Shown: one piece after another, positions 12,501 to 24,876 of the stretch
Layout of the letters: each line of letters begins with the position of its first letter
How positions within the stretch are numbered: the stretch's first letter is position 1
Source: Octopus sinensis
Lineage: Eukaryota
Reading direction: 5' to 3'
DNA length: 64,000 bases
Assembly: GCF_006345805.1 (NCBI RefSeq)
Contig: NC_043000.1
Coordinates: forward strand, 52,514,001-52,578,000
The notes under the pieces: generated by a model
Database searches by the model: none
What the model saw: the letters and a program-made list of their open reading frames with translations, nothing else
What the model was told of the DNA's origin: nothing
Position numbers and translations under genes: made by a program

Positions 12501-14070
12501 TTAAATACTATATTACAATCTTAAATACGTCATTGTGTATAATACTTTCCTAGTAACTCTAAAAGACGGGCTAATTCTGAATAGATCAACTTTGATTATA
12601 TATCTATACCACCATAACCACTACCACCACCATAATATATATAGGTGATTTGAAGGATTCCTACATTTCAGAATAATATATATACAAAGAAAATAACAAA
12701 ATCATTAAAAGGATGTTATAATGTCATATATTTCCATTACAATTTCAAATGTACACAAATAAAATCAATGAAGGAAAAAGAATATTTTTATTAGACTCTC
12801 CGAATCATTAATCGTCGGCTAGGAGGAAGGGTTAGTGATTATTGTCTTTTAAACAAATCTCCAATAACCAGTCCACAATGCAATAAACCAGATGTGTCAA
12901 CGCTAGCACCATATGAATGATCATAATGCAAGGATATAAACAGTAGTAACATCGTTTTATTAAATAGCGATAAACGGACCCGTAACTCAAAATGAGGACG
13001 GAATATTCTGCATGAAGAAAACTGACATAACGAGTGTGTATCATATTCGTGTTGTAGACCCCAACTCTCCTACTAATTTTCATTTCAGCCAAACCTAACT
13101 CATCGTTGCATAATATGCTTTTTTTTTTATTATGGGTGAGTGTCTTTGCTTACTGTTATGGATTGAATCAACGAAAAAGAGGATGAACAAATTTTGTACG
13201 TAGTGTTCAGTAACCACAGCAGTTTGATTCATAACATTCTATTGGAAACGATTCAACCTCCAGTCAACACTTACGGTTGACTGTAACCTCACTTTCAATT
13301 ATTGTTTAAACAAAGTCCAATCACATCCATTTTATTGTATGGATCATCTCAAGTCAAATAGGGCAGTAATTATAACTGAAATGAAATCTGTTCACTGTTC
13401 ACTGACCTTTCATACAAGTTTTATCACACTTCAAAGCCTCTTTGCAGATGTTTGAAGACGCAGTCATGAATAAAAATGCTATCAACGCCAACAATCCCCA
13501 TCATTGACAGCCTTGATAACGCTTGGATCTAAAAAAATATTAGAAGTAAACTAATAAATGACACCAAACTTCTCAGAAAATTAACAGTTCAAGTAGAATA
13601 ACGAGCCACAAAGAACTATGTAACACAAAAGTATTCTTCTCCTACAAAGACATCTCAGACAGCTGATCGTCTCCAACTGATAAAATACGGATCCCACATA
13701 AGCAAAATAAAGATCCTGCATAAGCTATATTCTACTACTATCAAAGATCTTACAAACAGTATCATGAGCATCATGTACACTAAATCCTGAAGATAGACAT
13801 CTTTCTTCGCACGCATCTTAACGAGCGACACATTCTTAAATGATCGCAATTAAACATAACTTATTTTTCATGTCAGGATTAGTTTTTCACATCTGTTATG
13901 AAAGTTTGCCGTCGCCAATGTACAAGTCCATTCAGCAAAACACCACGAAAGACAATAAAATTGAGAATTTCATTAGTCAGATTGTTGTTTCATTTCTTTA
14001 AAAAGACAATTAATTCACTGCAGTGATCTATAAACCAATTTAACTCTCATAGCGTACATTATTTAAAACA

Positions 14071-14271
14071 AATATTGGTTTAAAACTTTGACACAAGGTC
14101 CGCAAGTTCGAGAGAGGGTGTTAGTCGATTACACCGACTCCAGTGCTCAAATGGTACTTATTTCATCGACCGCGAATGATAAAAATCAAAGTGCACCTCG
14201 GCGAAATTTTTACTCAAGAAAGGTAAAGAGGGAAAAATACAGCGCAGCATTTTATCCAATATGCTAACGAT
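14071..14271 (-). mobile_element. SINE family B, head truncated
   Basis: Family B motifs lie on the minus strand. The copy ends abruptly at CTAACGATT, where the inverted integrase segment begins. Confidence 0.8.
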
Positions 14272-14568
14272 TGTGTGTATTAACAATGTGTGCAGATGCG
14301 TGTGCAAGGCCAGGCGCTGAGGAAACGCTCCACCATCTCATTAGAAGCGGGATGGTAACTAGTGGTGCGTATATGATGCATCCCCAGGATTCGTAATAAT
14401 TCACGAAATAAAATCGCTTCGATGTGTGCATGCAACAAGTGTTTGTGTATGTGTGTTCGTGTGTGTTATAAGAGTGAACTTAGAGAACAAATAGAAATGT
14501 TCAGACACAAGATAGAGATAAATACCTGTTCGTAAGGTACACGATAGCAGTTCGTTGTGTGTCAATGA
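14272..14568 (-). repeat. 297-bp inverted copy of LTR-element internal segment 16142-16438 (integrase remnant)
   Basis: Base-by-base comparison gives 4 substitutions and no indels in 297 bp. Confidence 0.95.
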
Positions 14569-14720
14569 TACAAGACTATTGCGATCAACAAACTATAGAT
14601 ATGTGGAGAGCAAAATACCTTTAAATTCGAGCTAGTATCTATTTCGAGATTGAAGGATATTTCGTAGTGACGCCTGCTTCATTGCAAGACATATGTTAAA
14701 GCTTCAATATTGAACATATC

Positions 14721-14828
14721 GGTGAGCTGGCAGAAACATTAGCACAACGGGCGAAATGGTTAGCGATACTTCGTCTGCTGCTACTTTCTGAGTTCAAATT
14801 CCGCCGAGGTCGACGTTGCCGTTCCTCC
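14721..14828 (+). mobile_element. SINE family B 5' part (host of the LTR insertion; 3' part at 17888-17947)
   Basis: GGTGAGCTGGCAGAAAC..GAGTTCAAATTCCGCCGAGGTCGAC precedes the LTR. The SINE tail CCCCTCCCCCAAAATTTTGGACCTTGTGCCTAGAGTAGAAAA follows the 3' LTR. Confidence 0.85.
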
Positions 14829-15387
14829 TGTAGTGACGTCATATTCCAGTGTGCGCACACGCAGCGTCATTCTTCAGTGTGCGTGTGCGGGACGTATTCT
14901 TCAGTCTGCGTGTGCGAAACGTCCTTCTTCAGTGTGTGTGTGCGGGGTGGGAACCTTCTGGAACCTTCAGGAAAAGCATAAGGAAGTTCCCTCATGCACA
15001 TGCGCTAGAGACTGGGGAAGGAATTCTATCGCGTCCCTTAACAGCGTCGTAGACTTGAGACACGGCGATAGAAGGGAAAGGACGTATTTTTAAACGTGTG
15101 ATCAGCCTATTCTCCTGTCCTAGACGCTTAGGATTTGACCTGTTCTGTTGCTGCTGAATTGTTGTAAGAAACTTACAAACGTTAGAGTTCAGCCTTGCTC
15201 TGTTGAACTAGGTGGATACCAGTATACCATCGTGCTTCATTTGTGAATAAGAGAATAAAGAATCGTATATATTTTTAAAGTTGCGTTTTGTTACCGACTG
15301 GTAGTTTCTAGAAGCAAAAAGAAAGGAAATTGTGTTGCACCCAAGTTGTACCCCAAAAGTGTAAAGAAGCAACCAGTTCCCTCTACA
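14829..15387 (+). repeat. 5' LTR
   Basis: TG...CA termini. AATAAA near 15254. Differs from the 3' LTR by 19 substitutions and no indels. Confidence 0.95.
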
Positions 15388-15388
15388 G

Positions 15389-15406
15389 TGGTGACCCCGA
15401 CGTGAT
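15389..15406 (+). promoter_or_regulatory. Primer-binding site complementary to tRNA-Trp 3' end
   Basis: TGGTGACCCCGACGTGAT starts 1 nt after the 5' LTR. It is the complement of the conserved eukaryotic tRNA-Trp end ...AUCACGUCGGGGUCACCA. Confidence 0.9.
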
Positions 15407-16307
15407 GGTCATAGACCATAGAAGACTCAACCAAGTTTCCCGAGTTCTGGTCATAGACCATAGAACACTTAACAAACATCTAGTTTCTACCAACACGCAT
15501 AAATGGAGCCTCTCTTATCTTCCGCACTAATGACGACGCTAACATACACCAGCAACACAGCACGTTTACACCACGGACGCCTTCATCTCAACGATGCCTT
15601 TCTCTGCCGTCGCCATCACCATCGTCGTCTTTCAACTTCACGTCCTCTCCATCTCCGTCGCCTTCATCTCCATCTCCGTCGCCTTCATATGTACTAATAC
15701 GTACATAGCACTCAATCTGGTTTAGCTTTCACGCTGTTGTGATTTTCACCGAGGTTAACAGCACAGCACTACCTGCGAGATCTTCTGTACCAATGTAACC
15801 TGGCACAGCATTGAATCCACAACCGCTACACGACATGTGTTCAACCGGCATCTGCACTTGTGATCCTAAAATCCTGTTACAGAACGAACTGCTATTGTGT
15901 ACTTTACTACGAACTGAGCAGCCACGTGTCTCAAGTCCACCACTGTCGCCTTCACCACCGTCGACCTCAACGATATGTATACAGCAACTCGCTGATTTAG
16001 CTTACACGCTGTTCGTGTATACACACCAAGGTTAACAGCACAACTGTACCGGCAAAATTTTCTGTACCGATGTAACCTGGCAAATGGACCGAAGACCCAA
16101 CTTCTACACGCGTAGTAACTGCTCTCCTCTTTGCTCCAACTTCATTGACACACAACGAACTGCTATCGTGTACCTTACGAACAGGTATTTATCTCTATCT
16201 TGTGTCTGAACATTTCTATTTGTTCTCTAAGTTCACTCTTATAACACACACGAACACACATACACAAACACTTGTTGCATGCACACATCAAAGCGATTTT
16301 ATTTCGT

Positions 16308-16388
16308 GAGTTATTACGAATCCTGGGGATGCATCATATACGCACCACTAGTTACCATCCCGCTTCTAATGGGATGGTGGAGCGTTTC
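16308..16388 (+). pseudogene. Gypsy integrase core remnant
   Basis: ELLRILGMHHIRTTSYHPASNGMVERF matches the LG..H..TT.YHP.SNG.VER motif around the catalytic Glu. Confidence 0.9.
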
Positions 16389-17056
16389 CTCAGCGCCTGG
16401 CATTGCACACGCATCTGCACACATTGTTAATACACACACAAATGCTATCTCTGTCACATTCATACGCCACACATACCTTTCTCGCTTGTTTTCCATGCTC
16501 AATGTGCCCTTGTAGACACAACTCATCTTTGTAAGACCCTAGGTCGGTCACGTATACATAGAGAAAGTTGTTTGTCCCTTACAACGCGCCAGCATGCCAC
16601 ACTTTTGTTCCTGCACGATTCAGGCATATAATAGCTCAAGCACTGGCTGGCAGCCTCAGCCTTACTGCATTAATCACTGGCATATTCAATACTGTACACT
16701 GTATTTAAGCCTAGCAAGCCCTATTGCACTCATGCACATACACCTCTGTTCTGCACGTCTACCCCCTTGTTCTGCAACACGTCTGCGTCAGCTCAATTCT
16801 TCTTCCGACTCAAAGCACGTCGGATGTTCACATGCGCTGCGCTCATGTTTAGGCTTAATTTCCCCTTGTTAGACCCCTGTTGGTCACGTAATTAACAGAG
16901 AAAATTATCTGTCTCGCGCATCACTCCAGCATGTTTACACTGTCGCCCTTGCTAACTCATCAATTAATCACGACAATACCACCATTTACACATGCACCTT
17001 TATCAACACCAACATCGGCAACACCACCTTCGTCGTCGCAGCCCGCCTCGAACAAA

Positions 17057-17125
17057 CCTTATGTTACGAGGTCAGGCAGAACTGTTCACTGGCCAAAGAA
17101 ACTTTCAAAGACGATCTATATTTGA
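17057..17125 (+). pseudogene. Gypsy pol C-terminal tail remnant
   Basis: PYVTRSGRTVHWPKKL contains a TRSGR-type terminal motif, about 200 bp upstream of the PPT. Confidence 0.65.
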
Positions 17126-17315
17126 CATTCTTAATTGACTTCCCAGTGACAGTTACGATACTAATTGAACTTCGCTCATTTTCTTTTTACTGCATTCTTA
17201 TCTATATTATAAATTTTTGTTTTAATTTGTCACATTGTGTACCATTTTGGTGATTTGGTATCCACCTTATATTCTGAAGCCACTACAACGAATTTTGCTT
17301 CGTGCTTCCGCACTT

Positions 17316-17325
17316 GAGGGGGCGG
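17316..17325 (+). promoter_or_regulatory. Polypurine tract
   Basis: GAGGGGGCGG lies just upstream of the 3' LTR. Confidence 0.75.
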
Positions 17326-17328
17326 CTT

Positions 17329-17887
17329 TCTAGTCACGTCATATTCCAGTGTGCGCACACGCGGCGTCATTCTTCAGTGTGCGTGTGCGGGACGTATTCT
17401 TCAGTCTGCGTGTGCTGAACGTCCTTCTTTAGTGCGCGAGTGCGGGGTGGGAACCTTCTGGAACCTTCTGGAAAGGCATAAGGAAGTTCCCTCATGCACA
17501 TGCGCTAGAGACTGGGGAAGAAATTCTATCGCGTTCCTTAACAGCGTCGTAGACTTGAGACACGGCGATAGAAGCGAAAGGACGTATTTTTAAACGTGTG
17601 ATCAGCCTATTCTCCTGTCCTAGACGCTTAGGACTTGACCTGTTCTGTTGCTGCTGAATTGTTGTAAGAAACTTACAAACGTTAGAATTCAGCCTTGCTC
17701 TGTTGAACTAGGTGGATACCAGTATACCATCGTGCTTCATTTGTGAATAAGAGAATAAAGAATCGTATATATTTTTAAAGTTGCGTTTTGTTACCGACTG
17801 GTAGTTTCTAGAAACAAAAAGAAAGGAAATTGTGTTGCACCCAAGTTGTACCCCAAAAGTGTAAAGAAGCAACCAGTTCCATTTACA
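17329..17887 (+). repeat. 3' LTR
   Basis: Offset exactly 2,500 bp from the 5' LTR. The terminal TG is mutated to TC; it ends in ACA. Confidence 0.95.
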
Positions 17888-18185
17888 CTCCCTTTGGTCC
17901 CCTCCCCCAAAATTTTGGACCTTGTGCCTAGAGTAGAAAATAATATTGAACATATCTACTTTGATCTCCCCTTCCCCGTTGATGATGATATATACTTGTA
18001 AAATTTACCTAACAGTTGATTTTGGAAAATTCATGTACAAGAGGCCAGTTTCGCGACCACATTTTTTCCGATACACAGTAGCGAGCGACAAGCTGTAGTC
18101 CAACGTATGTAGGTACATACATACATACGTATATGCATATATCATATAGGTATACATATATATATTCTTTTATTCTTTTACTCGA

Positions 18186-18520
18186 GCACCGCGATTTAGA
18201 CGAAGAAATAAATCCCAGGATTTATTTATTTTTTGTGAGCCTAGTATTTATTCCAACTGTTCTTTTTGCCGAACCAGTAAATTACGAGTACATAAATACA
18301 CCAAGACAGGTTGTGAAGTGACGGCGTGTGTGTCTGTTTGCGCATTTATCCATCCATCCATATATATATATATATTCTACGGGCTTCTTTCAGTTTCCGT
18401 CTACCAAATCCACTCACAAGACTTTGGTTGATCCGAATCTATAGTAGAAGACACTTGCCCAAGGTGTCACACAATGGGACTGAAAACGGAACCATGTAGC
18501 TTTGAAGCAATATTCTTTAT
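18186..18520 (-). mobile_element. SINE family A
   Basis: Reverse complement of the family A head/core (CTACCAAATCCACTCACAAG..GAAGACACTTGCCCAAGGTG) plus the 3' region. Confidence 0.85.
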
Positions 18521-18799
18521 TTAACTAAATTGGCTGGATACAGGATACAGACATAATGTTATATTAGATGAAAAGTGAAAATGATGATTAATGGAGGAAA
18601 CAGACAACGCCCGCTGATTGCTGTTTCCCGAAAACATTGTTCTCTTATTTATCATACATGAGGCAGCAAACCTCTAAAAATTGTTCATTAAAATACATAA
18701 ATGAAGCACTATGACTTTACCTTGTTTAAAAAAGAATAAAGTTTGAAACCTTTTATCAGTTCACAATGTTGAGGCTTTCCAACCTCTTACCCATATTCC

Positions 18800-19615
18800 T
18801 CTTCAATATTTCCTGTGGCCCCGTACCCCGCCATTTACCACCCTTCATTCATTCACAAAGTGGGTGATGTGTTGGCGTCGCCCGGCCAGAAGAGATATTC
18901 CTACTTGAACTTTCCAGCATTTGTTACACGGGCAACGCTATGACCCCCACAGCTATCTGCGGAGGCCACTCGTGATCCCATAATTGCTGGCTTAGGGCGC
19001 TTCTCCAACATCTTCTTCACCTCTCCGCCTCTGTAGAAGCCAAGCAATTCATCTTCTTCCGGGGACGAGGTAGTCACTTCCACCGTCGATGGCACAAATC
19101 CCACCGACGGTAGATCTTCACCTGTTGGTGGCACAATACCCACCCACGAACTTCCGGGATATTCCGGTATTGTGTTACCAACTGTCGGTAATGTCCCGTT
19201 TCTCTTTATCTTCCTCTTTTTTCCCCTCTTAACTGAGGAAGAGTGGGTTTCCTCCGTGACCGGGATATCCGCCTCCCCTCCCTCATCCCTAGGATCCTTC
19301 GATGTGCACCAATTGTTGCACCCCTTCTTCCTCCTGCGACCCTTTTTGAGGAGTCCTCCGCCTTTTCGACCACCTCCGTTCCCACTTCTACAGAGATCTC
19401 GACCAACTGCTCCAGGGCCTTGCTTTGGTCCTGGGGGCAGTTCTTTTTTGTATGGCCAGGTTCCAGACACCGATGACACTTGATGGAGGATGACCCTCAA
19501 GATTCACCGGGTACCTGCTCCCAGCTAAACTTAAAAAGTCAGGAAAGATGAACTCCTTTACTGATTGGGTCCACAGGGTCAAAATAACTTTTGAACTGAC
19601 CCAATCAGCCACTGG
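18800..19615 (-). pseudogene. LINE ORF1 (L1/Tx1-like, gag-like) remnant with CCHC zinc knuckle
   Basis: FIFPDFLSLAGSRYPVNLEGHPP, then a frameshift, then KCHRCLEPGHTKKNCP (CX2CX4HX4C at 19478-19437). A low-complexity charged region follows, and the segment is GC-rich relative to its flanks. Confidence 0.75.
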
Positions 19616-21660
19616 TAATAATTATTACCACCTCCAAATTCTGTTTTCTGCCTGGGCAAAAATGATCAATGTTTAAACCTCTGCAAAATCTTTCTAAAAC
19701 TTTTCTGGAACAAGTGACTTTCCAAAAGAGATGCAGCATGTAAAATTATATCTGCATGCGAAAGTTGAAAGTTTTCACTTAATTTTAAAATTTCCAAGAT
19801 TATGATAGCAACAGAAAAGATCCATTTGCATTTCTCTTTGATATGCTGTATAAATATGCTATGACCTAACTTGATATCTGTTAACTCCTTGTTTTTGTTC
19901 CGTCAAATACACACACACACATCTCTATATGTGCGTATGTATGTGTGTTTTCCCTTACCCGCCCCCCATGTATAATATCTAGATGTAAATGCATATATAA
20001 GTACACATGTCTAAAATCATACATACAGCAACGTACCCGCATATATGTATTCACATATAATGCATGCACACATGCACATCTATATATATGCGAGAGTTCA
20101 CCAGCGAAAAATATATACGACGGCACGGAAACAGCCGATAAACTGGTGTGTATGCAAAAATTAATTTGTGGTATTTATTCTAGCCGATTTTCCCATGCCT
20201 TTCCTGTCAACAGTCCACATCGGAAATGCAGTAAGCCACTGAATGAAGCTTTATAGCTCTATAACCACTGATGCTATTTCCATAAAATGCAAAACATATC
20301 TTTATATTGAAATCTCCAGTATATCAGACATACGATCAAAAGCATTTTTATTGTTTATGATGGTAGCATAAATGACGTCGCATAGAACAGCACACTAACA
20401 AATTAATATGTGGCAGTATCAACAAATCTTTGAATTCATCTCAGCTGAAATGGCTGGGCATAAAAGGCCGTAACCATTTTTTTCTAGTATCCTCCGGATG
20501 ACATTTTAATTTCTCTACCGTTCTTCATAAAATAACCAATCAGGTAAAGAAAGCACTGAATAAATAAGAAGTGGTTGTTGTTCTTGTTATTTCGCCCAAG
20601 GTCTGTCCTCATCCAGTACATCAACCGCATTTTAGATTCGAAAATTTTCATCAGGTATAAATTATCAATTAATTCATTATAACATGCATTCTTTCTTTTT
20701 TAAGACTTTCAAAGAACACAGTATAAAATGCCCAGTATCAGGATGCGATTTCTAGCAAGTTCAAGTTCTAGAACACCAGATCTTTTTGCTGACAACTGAG
20801 GACATTGTCTGATCGAAGGTGTTCGAAATTAGTTTCAGATGCTTAGAGCAACAATATTGCATTTGCCAAAATTTTAAAGACCTAAAACCATTAGTGTATA
20901 TCCTAAGATATCTAGATTTGCCGACAAAGATCCACACGAGACCTTCTTGTGATAGGAGTTATTAATTGTGATTGTTTCTATAACTGTCTCCATTCCCTGG
21001 GAGATATTGGCAGTGAACGATAGAGAAGGTTTTCTGGCAATGTCAGGCACATTTCGTTTGACGGATACTACATGAATCTCTAGGTTTGGAAAGTTCCCCG
21101 TAAAGCTGGAAATATTGAAGTGTTGCTTATATTCAAGGATGAATACTCATATTTTTTTTGTCACGAGTAGTTCGAGCGAATTTATTGATATATAGCTATT
21201 TGGCTCGCATGAAATATAACTAGTTGAGGGAAATGGGGTATATAACATAACATGTGCATCCTTTTCTTTTCCTTATGAACTAATGAAGCGTGGGAAGCCT
21301 AGTAGAGAGTGTAAAGTAAGTTATAGACTGGAGATTGTAGTCGAGATATTAATGAGTACTTGTTAGTGTAGGATACTACGTGGTGAAATCAGTTCTGTTA
21401 CGAAAATGCAGTCTCTACGTCAGAAATATCAGTGCGTGAGACGTGCAGGATTCAAGAAGTATCTTGTATGTTTACATTATGCAAGAATGAAAATTAATTA
21501 TTGAAATAAGCTGAAATAAATGTTATCAATCTAGAGTTGTTGGGCAAGTGGTTGGGAAAATTCTTTGAGAGAATAGTAAACATCGTTGAATAATTCAATC
21601 AAGAAAGTCAAAACCTGTGACACAGAAATTAAAATATGTGTTGCTAATATCTCTGAGAAA

Positions 21661-21858
21661 GTGATGGTGGCGAGCAGACAGGCACTTTCAGCGGCATTTC
21701 GTCTGTCTTACGTTCTGAGTTCAAATTTCGCCGAAATTGAGTTTGCCTTTTATCGTTTAGTGGTCGATAAAATAAGTACTTTTGAGCACTGGGTTCAATA
21801 TAATCAACTTACTCCTTCCGCGAAATTTCTGGCCTTGTCTCAAACTTTTAAAGCAATA
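21661..21858 (+). mobile_element. SINE family B
   Basis: GCGGCATTTCGTCTG..GTTCTGAGTTCAAATTTCGCCGA..GTCGATAAAATAAGTAC..GGCCTTGT. Confidence 0.8.
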
Positions 21859-23235
21859 TGTGCTAAAGAAAAGTAGATATTTGAATTATGAGAGAAACGA
21901 ATATATACGTAGCGTAATTTGATTCAAAGAGACGTAGGAGAAAAATGTTTGGTTGAGAGATTTGTGTTTCAAAGAAATTACATGTCTAGTTTTCAGCTAC
22001 AATGTAGATGGTTGATATAGTTATGTTTCGATTGAAGTTACTAGATATGTGAGAAGAGGAAAAGGAATTCGCTATCATTCTACTTCTTGTTCTACTATAG
22101 ACTTCCAGTCTCACAATTTTAATCACGTTTCTGAATAAGCGTCTAAAGAAACAATAATATAATATGACAGATTAGTACAAAACAAAGACATTTATAAAAG
22201 GCAAATTCTCAAATAACTATATCTAATTCAAACTAAATCCTGATTTTACTTGAATGAGCAGTGATCCGCATTTTCAATAACCCGATATTATCCAACTATT
22301 TGTTCTGAAGATTTGAAAACACAGCTTATGCAAAAATGTCTTTTGCATTAATTTTCAGAAATATATTGTTTCCAAACAAAAGTATGCTTGTCACAAATAT
22401 AGATTCAGTATGTTAAAACCAACTTTTATTTTCTATTTAACGGCTATTTATTTCATGACTTTAACCGATAGGAGTAAACATTCCCCTCTTCACCTATTTG
22501 GAAATTAAATTTCTAACTGAAAACGGCAATATTTGTTTGAAGTCTAAATGTGCGACGGCCGATTTAATAGCAGAGAAAATATTTATCTCTCGAAAACTTT
22601 GAAAGAAACTGAAAACATCAAAACACTAAAGCCAGGAAACATAGAAACACTCGCATGTAGAAACAAACACAAAAAAAACATAAATATATAATGGAAATAA
22701 TTATTATTGAATATAAATGAAGACACACGAAAAGACAAAACTCCAAATACCAAACTAATGCACAGAAATTTGCATGCTCCTGAAATGCATTAAAGGCAAT
22801 AAAAAACTACATTCCACATAGAAATTAAATGAGAGCGCTACACACAAAAATAAAGGATAAATAACAAATAATTTCCCAAACCTAATAAAACATGTTAAAT
22901 TGTTTTTGCAAACGATACTAAATAGTTGCTTTGACTTTTTCATTTACACAGAAACAGATTAGCAAACAAAGAAAACCACGTATTTCAAAATATTGATTTC
23001 CTAAATTGTCTCAAGGGAAAATGGGAAATTACGAGTTTAGTTCCATTCACCACCCACAAATGCCTGTCGTACTAAGTAAGGGGAATTAGTTTTTACTGCA
23101 AATTGGAACCAGAATGTGGATTGCATTGGATTTAGCGATAGATAATATTTTCTGTTGGTGGTTAAATCAATAAATGTAAAAGTAGTGTTTTGTTGTTTTA
23201 GTCACGAAGAACTTATAGTTTAAGGGGCAGTATCG

Positions 23236-23412
<177 letters not shown>

Positions 23413-24217
23413 AGTGTAGCAAAGGAAACAAGATAACTTTAAAAAAAGAAGTCTGGTTATGTAAGATACAGTAAAATCTTGGAATTGCCAGAAATTTCCA
23501 CGAAGACTTGGTTAAATTCAAATTCAGTGCAGAGTAAAATTATCTAGCGTTCGCGTTTCTAACCCATCATCAGATAAAAAGGATGTGCCACCAGGATGAA
23601 AATAAATTCCTTTATCTCGATCTGGACGCTACATTCTTCAATACTCTCGGCAATTAAACATACCAAAATCACGAGCCTAACGGGTTTATTTTTATTTCCT
23701 GATCAGGCAAATGCTTATATTCCAAAACATTCATTTGAATAAATTTAATACTTAGATATCTTAAGTTTTGAGCTGTACAGTGGACAATGCAGTTCTTGTA
23801 ATACAACAGACCTGTTCTTACAATTGGTGGTAGAAATCTCAGGAGATATTGTTTCCTAGTGTTATGCATCAAAACTCAAATATTTTCCTTATGGCTGCTT
23901 CCGTAACATAGTCTTATTTCTAAAGCATTGGTATCACGCTTTCGGACAAATTGTTGAGTATATTGGAGTAAAAACGTATAACAAGTGATAGGGATGCATT
24001 GAAAATGCAGCTTACATGTTCTGCGTGTAAATATAGCGATCCTTTCATTTCTAGTCGAAGTCTCTTTTATATTATTAATGCGCTTAACGAATGTATTTAA
24101 CGAATATATACATCATATATATATACAAGGTGCACATTGATACTTATCACACACTCGCAAACACATACACATAGGCACACAAGTGTAGAAAATATAGCAA
24201 AAGCAAATGCGAGAACG

Positions 24218-24269
<52 letters not shown>

Positions 24270-24298
24270 CATTTATATATATATATATATATATATAC

Positions 24299-24355
<57 letters not shown>

Positions 24356-24725
24356 CATGTATATGTATATATATATATATATTATATTTATATATATATA
24401 ATAAAAAGTTAGTTAAAATCCTCCAAAACCACTCGTCTCTCACTATATGTAAACACGCACAAAAAATATTGCAAACGTATTTTCAAAAGAGTCCTCCTAT
24501 TTGTAAAACACATACAGAAAAATACAATTAAGATAATAGCTATTTTGGTAGCGATTGAGTTCTCCTTCTGTGAGAGATGAGTTTTTGGGGAGGATTATAA
24601 CTCCTCTTTCAAGGAAACACTTATTGTACTCTGACTTTTCATTATATATTTTGCTTTTTTGAATAATGTATGCTGACCACTTTATCATTGATTTTACAAA
24701 AAGTGACAACTTATATGAATTATAT

Positions 24726-24781
<56 letters not shown>

Positions 24782-24876
24782 GTGTGTGTGTGTGTGTATG
24801 TAAGAACATACTGTGGACAAGGCTGCATGGCATTCAATTATAAAAAAGATGGAAAAATACACACATTGTGTACAGA

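Larger units (their letters stand above)
14829..17887 (+). mobile_element. Non-autonomous Gypsy-derived LTR retrotransposon (3,059 bp)
   Basis: Two 559-bp LTRs, a 4-bp TSD CTCC (14825-28 and 17888-91), a PBS, a PPT and two integrase remnants. No gag, RT or RNase H ORF. Confidence 0.95.

Noticed and set aside
13408-13500. Signal-peptide-like Cys-containing frame (WGLLALIAFLFMTASSNICKEALKCDKTC) on minus
   Set aside because: The upstream ATG is out of frame and the next putative exon has stops in all three frames.
14829-17887. Repeats as a possible CRISPR array or prokaryotic system
   Set aside because: There is no repeat-spacer periodicity and no cas-like ORF. The repeats are explained by LTRs and eukaryotic TEs.
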